Assembly: GCA_046757025.1 (NCBI GenBank)
Contig: JBHHXN010000080.1
Span: forward strand, 1 to 23,106
Source of the DNA: a bacterium
GTDB lineage: Bacteria; Zhuqueibacterota; Zhuqueibacteria; Oceanimicrobiales; Oceanimicrobiaceae
Reading direction: 5' to 3'
DNA length: 23,106 bases
Shown here one piece after another: positions 16,584-23,106 of this stretch. The translations under genes were made by a program, and so were the position numbers. Below the pieces are notes generated by a model. It was not told where the DNA came from. It worked only from the letters and a program-made list of their open reading frames with translations, and ran no database searches. Positions within the stretch are counted from its first letter, which is position 1. Every line of letters starts with the position of its first letter.

Positions 16584-17219
16584 ATGGAAATCGAAAACTC
16601 GCTAACTGTTTCAAGAAAAGAACGCGAGCGCCTGGCCCGGCGTCAGGAAATCCTGGATGCCGCTCGCAAAGTGTTTTCTGAGCGTGGATTTGAAAAGGCC
16701 ACACTGGATGAAATTGCCGAGGCCGCCGAGTACGGTAAGGGCACGATTTACAATTATTTCAAAAACAAAGAAGAGCTTTTTTGCTGCATCATGGAAAGAG
16801 GCATCGAGCGATTTCAAAAATTCGTGGAATGCGCTATTCAGAACAAAAAAACGCCCCGAGAGAAACTCGAAACCTACATCGATGCCGCTTTTGAATTTTT
16901 TGAAAAATACCGCCAGATTTTCAGCATTATGGAAACCGAACGCAACAATCTGGTGCGCCGACTGGATGGTGAAATGTACCGCAGCAGTTTAAAATACCAG
17001 GAGAAGCTGGTGCGGTTCCTGGCGGATTTGTTGGAAAAAGGCATTAAAAAACGCGACTTTAAAAATTTACATCCCATTAAAACCGCGCATTTATTATTTG
17101 GACTTATTCACGTGGCATTTGTGCATGCCATTCGAACACCCGAGCACATCGATTTAAAAAGCGATGCGCAATTGATCAAAAAAATATTTTTTAGCGGAGT
17201 GACCCTGAAATCACAATGA
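16584..17219 (+). CDS. TetR/AcrR family transcriptional regulator
   Basis: [47 protein letters not shown]. Start moved from TTG 16473 to ATG 16584 because the extension covers the promoter and operator. Confidence 0.92.
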   Translation: MEIENSLTVSRKERERLARRQEILDAARKVFSERGFEKATLDEIAEAAEYGKGTIYNYFKNKEELFCCIMERGIERFQKFVECAIQNKKTPREKLETYIDAAFEFFEKYRQIFSIMETERNNLVRRLDGEMYRSSLKYQEKLVRFLADLLEKGIKKRDFKNLHPIKTAHLLFGLIHVAFVHAIRTPEHIDLKSDAQLIKKIFFSGVTLKSQ

Positions 17220-17247
17220 TTCATTTAATCTGTTTGAGGAATTCCAG

Positions 17248-18594
17248 ATGAGGTTGAAGATTTTTTTAATCCTGATTTTTTCGTTTTGTTTGACTCGCTC
17301 ACCTGTTTTTGGCCAAAGCGACCGGGCTGCGGCCATCAATTTGGAAAAAGCCATTGGCCTGGCGCTTAAAAACAACGAACGCATTCTCATGGCCAGCAAC
17401 GACGTTCAAGACGCACACGCACAAATTCGCGAAGCCTGGGCCGAAGCTTTGCCGGACATCACCTTCAACGGTCTTTACACCCGCAATTTCAAGCAGCAGG
17501 TGATCTTTTTGCCAGAAATTATCTTTGTGCCCGGCGGCGATCCCGACAAGCAAATTCCGGTCACTTTTAGCTCAAAAAATGCTTACGCGTTTACCCTGCA
17601 TGTAGAGCAGCCGTTGTTTCAAGCGGGCAAAGTTTCGGGCGGAATCAAAGCCGCCAATTTGTACAAGAAATTTTCCAACCAGGGATATCGCGCCGTGCGC
17701 GGGGACCTCGTCCTGTCCGTGAAAAGAGCCTACTACACGGTACAGTTGAACGAACAATTGCTGGAGATCAATCAGCAGTCGCTGGACCAGCAGCTGGCGA
17801 ATCTGGAAAACACCCGCAAACTGTTCGAGCAAGGGCAGGTTTCGGAGCTGGACACCCTGCGGGCGTGGGTGGATTACATCAACCTGCAGCCGCGGTTGAT
17901 TCAAATGGAAAACAACCTGCGCATTTCCAAAAACCGGCTGAAGGAGCTCATCGGCCTGGATTTGAACGACCCTATTCAGTTGATTGACGAGCTCTATTTC
18001 GAAGAAACCAACGGCATCACCTTTGAACAAATAGAACAAGAGGCTCTGCGCAATCGCCCGGAATTGAAGCAGTTAGAATTTCAATCAAACATCCTGAAAC
18101 ATAACATCGGTATCATCCGCGCGGATCATCTGCCAAAACTCTATCTCAGCGGCACATATCAGAGCGTGGCGCAGTCAAACAGGTTCGATTTTGGCGAAGG
18201 TTTGCAATCCAGCATCAGCGGCGCCATCCGGCTGGAAGTGCCCATTTTCAAAGGCTTCCGCACCTCGGCCCGAGTTCAGCGCGCCAAACTGGACTACAAA
18301 AACTCGAAATTTCAGTTAGAAATGTTTCGAGACAATCTCAAAATTGAAGTCAATTCAATTTTACTAAAATTGAAAGAAGCCAAAAAAAGAGTTCAGGTGC
18401 AGCAGAACGCCATCAAACAGGCGGAGCGTGCTCTGTTTATGTCAGAAAGAAGATACATCGAGGGCGTGGGTACGCAGCTGGAGCTGGGGGATTCACTGCT
18501 TGCGCTGAATATCACGAAAACGAATTACGTTCAGGCAGTTTACGACCATAAAATTGCGCTGGCTGAACTAAATAAAGTAATTGGGAGAGAATAA
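17248..18594 (+). CDS. TolC family outer membrane efflux protein
   Basis: 448 aa. Signal peptide, LEKAIGLALKNN, ALPDITF, VKRAYY, LFEQGQVS, ALRNRPEL, RYIEGVGTQLEL; duplicated OEP architecture. Confidence 0.92.
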   Translation: MRLKIFLILIFSFCLTRSPVFGQSDRAAAINLEKAIGLALKNNERILMASNDVQDAHAQIREAWAEALPDITFNGLYTRNFKQQVIFLPEIIFVPGGDPDKQIPVTFSSKNAYAFTLHVEQPLFQAGKVSGGIKAANLYKKFSNQGYRAVRGDLVLSVKRAYYTVQLNEQLLEINQQSLDQQLANLENTRKLFEQGQVSELDTLRAWVDYINLQPRLIQMENNLRISKNRLKELIGLDLNDPIQLIDELYFEETNGITFEQIEQEALRNRPELKQLEFQSNILKHNIGIIRADHLPKLYLSGTYQSVAQSNRFDFGEGLQSSISGAIRLEVPIFKGFRTSARVQRAKLDYKNSKFQLEMFRDNLKIEVNSILLKLKEAKKRVQVQQNAIKQAERALFMSERRYIEGVGTQLELGDSLLALNITKTNYVQAVYDHKIALAELNKVIGRE

Positions 18595-18597
18595 CAA

Positions 18598-19650
18598 ATG
18601 AGCTACAAAAATTTTACGCCGGCCATTTTCCTGCTATGGATTTTATTTTTGAGTGCCAACTGCGGCGACGACAGCGAAGCGCAAAACGGCGGGACGAATG
18701 GCATCACTGAAAAGGTCACCGATGTGAAAGTGATGCTGATCACCCCACAGAGTTTTTCTGAATTTATCGAAGTCACGGGCACGGTGCGCGCAGACATCGC
18801 TGCGGTGATCAGCGCAGAGGAAAGCGGGGTCATCGAGGCCTTTCTCAAAGACAAAGGCGAGTTGGTCTCCGAAAAAGAAGTCGTCGTACAGTTGAAAAGC
18901 AAAGTCTTGCAAGCCAGTTTCAACGAAGCCAAAGCGGCTTACCTTTTGAGCAAAGCAACTTTCGACCGCCAGGCAAACCTTTACAGGGACAAAGTGATTT
19001 CGGAGCAAAAATATTTGGAGTACAAATACTCTCTGGATCGAGATCACGCGCGCTATGAAAATTTGCAAGCCCGTCTCGAAAAAACCAGAATCAAGAGTCC
19101 CGTCGCCGGCGTTATCGATAACCGTCTGGTGGAAGTGGGCGAATTTGTGCTGCCCGGCACCCCGCTGTTCAAAGTGGTCAAAACCGATGTGGTGAAAATC
19201 GCCGCAGCCGTTCCGGAGCGATACATAACGGACGTGCAAATTGGCTCGCCCGTCACCATCAGCTTTGATATTTTGCAAAGCACGGAATTGCAGGGCAAGG
19301 TCTTTTTTGTGGGGCCCAGTATCGACAAAAGCAGCCGTACATTTCCAATCGAAATCGCTATCAAAAATCGGAAACGCCAGTTAAAGCCGGAAATGTATGC
19401 GAACATCAAAATCAAAAAAGCCCAGCTTGAAAACGTAGTGGTCATTCCAAGAGACGCCATCATCGAAACCGAAACCGGCAAATATGTTTTTGTGGATAAA
19501 GGCAATCTGGCAGTGAAACGGCAGGTTCGAATCGGCGGCTCGTACAATAATCAAATTTGGATAACAGAAGGACTGGCTGGCGGCGAACGCTTGATCGTGG
19601 TCGGCCATCGTGACCTGGTGGACGGCGAAAGAATCGCGGTGCATGAGTGA
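18598..19650 (+). CDS. RND efflux periplasmic adaptor (membrane fusion protein)
   Basis: 350 aa. Lipoyl-like halves (ISAEESGVI...; IKSPVAGVI...VGEFVLPGTPLF), SRTFPIEI, LKPEMYA, GLAGGERLIVVG; possible lipoprotein Cys (SANC). Confidence 0.93.
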   Translation: MSYKNFTPAIFLLWILFLSANCGDDSEAQNGGTNGITEKVTDVKVMLITPQSFSEFIEVTGTVRADIAAVISAEESGVIEAFLKDKGELVSEKEVVVQLKSKVLQASFNEAKAAYLLSKATFDRQANLYRDKVISEQKYLEYKYSLDRDHARYENLQARLEKTRIKSPVAGVIDNRLVEVGEFVLPGTPLFKVVKTDVVKIAAAVPERYITDVQIGSPVTISFDILQSTELQGKVFFVGPSIDKSSRTFPIEIAIKNRKRQLKPEMYANIKIKKAQLENVVVIPRDAIIETETGKYVFVDKGNLAVKRQVRIGGSYNNQIWITEGLAGGERLIVVGHRDLVDGERIAVHE

Positions 19651-19686
19651 GGCGTCCAGCCAAACCAATCTTAAACCATCCAGGTC

Positions 19687-19843
19687 AAACCTTGGGGCTT
19701 TCCAAAAAGTCGTGTTTCTTCACCCTGAGCGGAGTCGAAGGGTGTTGTAAGTTGATTAAAACAGACATGCTTTCCCGAATTTACTTCGGGACTCAGCATG
19801 AAGTTGTGTGTATTTTGGGACTTTTTGTAAAGCCCCAAGGTTT
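19687..19843. mobile_element. MITE-like element inside the efflux operon (TIR family B) with CTGAGCGGAGTCGAAG core
   Basis: AAACCTTGGGGCTTTCCAAAAAGTC / GACTTTTTGTAAAGCCCCAAGGTTT, 24/25 complementary. Core CTTCACCCTGAGCGGAGTCGAAGGGTG ... CATGCTT[TCCCGAATTTACTTCGGGA]CTCAGCATGAAG. Confidence 0.85.
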
Positions 19844-19869
19844 AAACTCTCAACCATGAGGATTTACAG

Positions 19870-22800
19870 ATGAAAATAATTAACTTCTCGTTAACACACA
19901 AACCATCGATTTTTGTTCTGGTGGCGATCTTTGTCGTCATGGGCTTGATCTCCTACACCACCCTGCCGCGCGAATCGGCGCCGTCGATTACCATTCCGAT
20001 CATTTTAGTATCCACCCCCTATTTCGGGGTGACGCCCGGCGATATCGAAACCCTGGTGACGCAGCCCATCGAAAGAAAAATCAAGGAGATCACCGACGTT
20101 AAAGAAATCCGCTCCACCTCCAGTGAGGGCATGTCGGTCATTGAGGTGGAATTTACACCAGACGTGGAAATGGATGAAGCCATGCAGAAGGTGCGCGACA
20201 AAGTGGACTTGGCGAAAAGTGAAATTCCTGACGACGCCGAAGAACCCATGATCAACGAAATCAGTTTTGAAGAATTCCCGATCATGCTCATCAACATTTC
20301 CGGCGATTATGATCTGGTTAAGTTAAAAGAGCTCGGCGAAGATTTTGAAGATAAATTTGAGACTATCCCCGGCGTGCTGGATGTAACCATCAGCGGTGGA
20401 TTGGAGCGAGAAGTCAAAATCAATATCGATTTAGAAAAAATGAAACATTACAACATCGCTTTTAAGGATGTGATCGAAACCATCCAGGATGAAAACAAAA
20501 CCATTCCCGGCGGCTCCATTGAAGTGGGAAACATCAAATACCTCGTGCGCATCCCGGGCGAATTCGAAAGTGTGGATATCATCCCGGATCTGGTGGTTAA
20601 AGTTATCAACGGCTCGCCGGTGTACATCAAAGACATCGCGGAGGTGGAGTACGGATACAAAGACCGCACCAGCCTCGCTCGTGAGGGCGGCCGCAACTGC
20701 GTTTCTTTGAGCGTGAAAAAACGCGCTGGCGCCAATCTCATCCGCATCACCGATGAAATCAAAAGTTTTCTGGAGCAAGAAAAAGCCCACCTGCCTTCGG
20801 GCACGGAAATCACCATCACAGCCGACCGCTCCAAAGACATCCGCACCATGGTTTCGGAACTGGAAAACAACATCATTACCGGACTATTTTTGGTGGTGGG
20901 CATTTTGTTTGCTTTTCTCGGTTTTCGCAGCTCGCTGTTCGTGGCCATCGCCATTCCCCTATCCATGCTCATTTCGTTTATCATCATTCAGGCGCTGGGC
21001 TACACCCTGAACATGATCATCTTGTTCAGCTTGATCCTGGCGCTGGGGATGATGGTGGACAACGCCATCGTGCTGGTGGAAAATATCTACCGGCATCGGG
21101 AAGAAGGATTTAACGCGTTCGAGGCCTCGGACAAAGGCGCCACCGAGATCGCCCGCGCCATCACCGCCTCCACCGTCACCACGCTGTGCGCGTTCGCCCC
21201 AATGATTTTCTGGCCCGGCATCATGGGCGAGTTCATGAAATATCTGCCCATCACCTTGATCATCACTCTGAGCTGCTCGTTGTTTGTGGCGCTCACTATC
21301 AATCCGGTGATTTGCGAAGTGTTCCTGAAAGTCAACAAGAAAAAACAAAAACAGCAGATATTCTCGAAAATCATTGCCTATTACGAAAAAGTTTTGAAAC
21401 TGGCCCTGAACCACCGAATTCTAACGCTGACTGGCTCTTTTGCTGTGCTGGTACTGGTTTTGGTGCTGTACGGTTTCCTGGGTAAAGGGGTTGAATTTTT
21501 CCCAGAAGTGGACCCGCCGCAGATCCAGGTGCAGGTCACCGCGCCCACCGGCACCAAACTGGAAGAATCCGACCGCATCGTTCGCGAGATTGAACAAAAA
21601 ATTCCTCAATACGAACAAGACATCACCAGCTATGTGGCCAACGTCGGCACCGAAGGCGGCGGCGGCTTTAGTCTGGGTGCGGGCGGCGGCTCCCCCCACA
21701 TTAGCTGGCTCACCGTGGAGTTCGTGGACCGCCAGCAACGCCATCAGTCCTCCGAGCTGACCATGCAGCAAATTCGCCATGTGGTGGAGCACATCCCCGG
21801 CGCCCGCATTGAAGTACACAAACCGGAAATGGGGCCGCCCACCGGTCCGCCCATCAACATCGAGCTGTCCGGAGATGACTTCAAAATTCTGGGCGAGGTG
21901 GCCGCACAAATCAGAAGAATAATCAAAGGCATCCCGGGTCTGGTTGACCTTAAGGATGACTTCGACCAGGGACGTCCGGAGCTCAAGGTACGCATCGACC
22001 GGGAAAAAGCCGCTATTTACGGACTGAATACTTCTAAAATCGCCTCAACCATTCGCACGGCCATTTACGGCACCGAGGCTTCGGAATTTCGTGTAGCCGA
22101 GGACGAGTACGACATCACCGTACGACTAAAAGAGCAGACCCGGAATCGCCTGGATGTGCTGAACAATCTCACCATTTTCGAAGAAGGCACACAAATTCCG
22201 CTCATTTCCCTGGCCACCTTTGAATTTGAAGGCGGTTTCACAGCCATCAAACGCAAAGACTTGAAAAGAGTGGTGACCATTTCCGGCAACGTGGAAGGCC
22301 GACTGGCCAACGACGTTTTAAAGGACGTGCAAACCGCCATTGCGGAATTTCAATTCCCACAGGGCTACGCAGTGAATTATACCGGCCAGAATCAAGAGCA
22401 GGAAGAAAGTCAATCGTTTCTGTCCAACGCTTTCATGATGGCGGTCTTCCTGATTTTTCTGGTGCTGGTGTACGAATTCAATTCCGCCGCGCTGCCCATC
22501 ACCATTCTGGTGTCCATCATCTTATCCCTCATCGGCGTGTTTGTCGGTTTGATGGTGACACGTTTGCCTTTTGGTATTTTGATGACCGGCATCGGCGTCA
22601 TCAGCCTGGCAGGCGTCGTGGTCAACAACGCCATCGTGCTGGTGGACTACATTCAAAAATTGCGAAAGCGTGGATTGAGTAAATTGGACGCCATCATTCA
22701 GGGCGGCAAAACCCGCCTGCGGCCGGTCATTTTGACCGCCATCACCACCATTGTCGGACTGATTCCCCTGACCACCGGCCTCAATTTCGACTTTCGCGAA

Positions 22801-23031
22801 TTCCGCTTCGACATCGGCGGCGACAGCTCCCAGTGGTGGGGTCCCATGGGCGTGGCGGTAATTTTCGGCCTGGCCATCGCCACATTTCTGACGCTCATCG
22901 TGGTGCCGGTGGTTTACTACATGCTGGATACCGTGAGTGAGAAAACTCGCCGCATTTTCTCCGCCAAATTTAACGGCGAGCTGAAAGCAGAGATGGTGGA
23001 AGACGTGGAATTGAGCGAAGTTTCAAAATAA
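19870..23031 (+). CDS. RND efflux transporter permease subunit (AcrB/MdtB superfamily)
   Basis: 1053 aa. Motifs LPRESAP, IETLVTQPIE, AIPLSML, LALGMMVDNAIVLVENIYR, LAGVVVNNAIVLVD, RLRPVILTAITTIVGLIPL, PMGVAVIFGL. GAGGA SD. Confidence 0.96.
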   Translation: MKIINFSLTHKPSIFVLVAIFVVMGLISYTTLPRESAPSITIPIILVSTPYFGVTPGDIETLVTQPIERKIKEITDVKEIRSTSSEGMSVIEVEFTPDVEMDEAMQKVRDKVDLAKSEIPDDAEEPMINEISFEEFPIMLINISGDYDLVKLKELGEDFEDKFETIPGVLDVTISGGLEREVKINIDLEKMKHYNIAFKDVIETIQDENKTIPGGSIEVGNIKYLVRIPGEFESVDIIPDLVVKVINGSPVYIKDIAEVEYGYKDRTSLAREGGRNCVSLSVKKRAGANLIRITDEIKSFLEQEKAHLPSGTEITITADRSKDIRTMVSELENNIITGLFLVVGILFAFLGFRSSLFVAIAIPLSMLISFIIIQALGYTLNMIILFSLILALGMMVDNAIVLVENIYRHREEGFNAFEASDKGATEIARAITASTVTTLCAFAPMIFWPGIMGEFMKYLPITLIITLSCSLFVALTINPVICEVFLKVNKKKQKQQIFSKIIAYYEKVLKLALNHRILTLTGSFAVLVLVLVLYGFLGKGVEFFPEVDPPQIQVQVTAPTGTKLEESDRIVREIEQKIPQYEQDITSYVANVGTEGGGGFSLGAGGGSPHISWLTVEFVDRQQRHQSSELTMQQIRHVVEHIPGARIEVHKPEMGPPTGPPINIELSGDDFKILGEVAAQIRRIIKGIPGLVDLKDDFDQGRPELKVRIDREKAAIYGLNTSKIASTIRTAIYGTEASEFRVAEDEYDITVRLKEQTRNRLDVLNNLTIFEEGTQIPLISLATFEFEGGFTAIKRKDLKRVVTISGNVEGRLANDVLKDVQTAIAEFQFPQGYAVNYTGQNQEQEESQSFLSNAFMMAVFLIFLVLVYEFNSAALPITILVSIILSLIGVFVGLMVTRLPFGILMTGIGVISLAGVVVNNAIVLVDYIQKLRKRGLSKLDAIIQGGKTRLRPVILTAITTIVGLIPLTTGLNFDFREFRFDIGGDSSQWWGPMGVAVIFGLAIATFLTLIVVPVVYYMLDTVSEKTRRIFSAKFNGELKAEMVEDVELSEVSK

Positions 23032-23106
23032 AGAATGGTATAATCATAACTGATCATGGCGGCTTCCATTTTGTAGAGCTCATCCGCATACTGCGTGGGA
23101 ATCCAG

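Noticed and set aside
19647..19859. 70-aa ORF bridging MFP and permease
   Set aside because: It lies almost entirely within the MITE-like element; TLSGVEG is simply the translated REP core.
397..22898. Numerous antisense and off-frame ORFs within the large genes
   Set aside because: They are shadow ORFs expected from GC-rich third codon positions of well-supported genes.
22918..23106. Possible 3' end of a convergent minus-strand gene (WIPTQYADELYKMEAAMISYDY...)
   Set aside because: Cut by the window edge, it would overlap the permease by more than 100 bp, and the sequence is too short to support a call.

Overview
Bacterial chromosomal window, probably from an FCB-superphylum lineage such as KSB1, Calditrichota or Ignavibacteria. 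This is inferred only from a secreted protein ending in a QNYPNPFNP-type C-terminal sorting domain. From left to right it holds: a RamB/PrpR(ScfR)-like XRE regulator divergent from aceB-aceA (glyoxylate shunt) and acs; a secreted gingipain-like (C25, clan CD) cysteine peptidase; about 2 kb of non-coding DNA (9930-11960) packed with nested palindromic/MITE-like elements and a 107-bp direct repeat; aldo/keto reductase-argG-argH; a decayed TolB/PD40 beta-propeller pseudogene missed by the ORF track; and a TetR-TolC-MFP-RND efflux operon. There is no transposase, CRISPR array, tRNA or rRNA. Three signals stand out: (i) a combinatorial, nested repeat system in which terminal inverted repeats, REP-like cores and small loop hairpins are mixed and matched across the window; (ii) a phased operator array between the divergent promoters of a probable Fe-S-binding regulator and the glyoxylate operon; and (iii) the hidden pseudogene.
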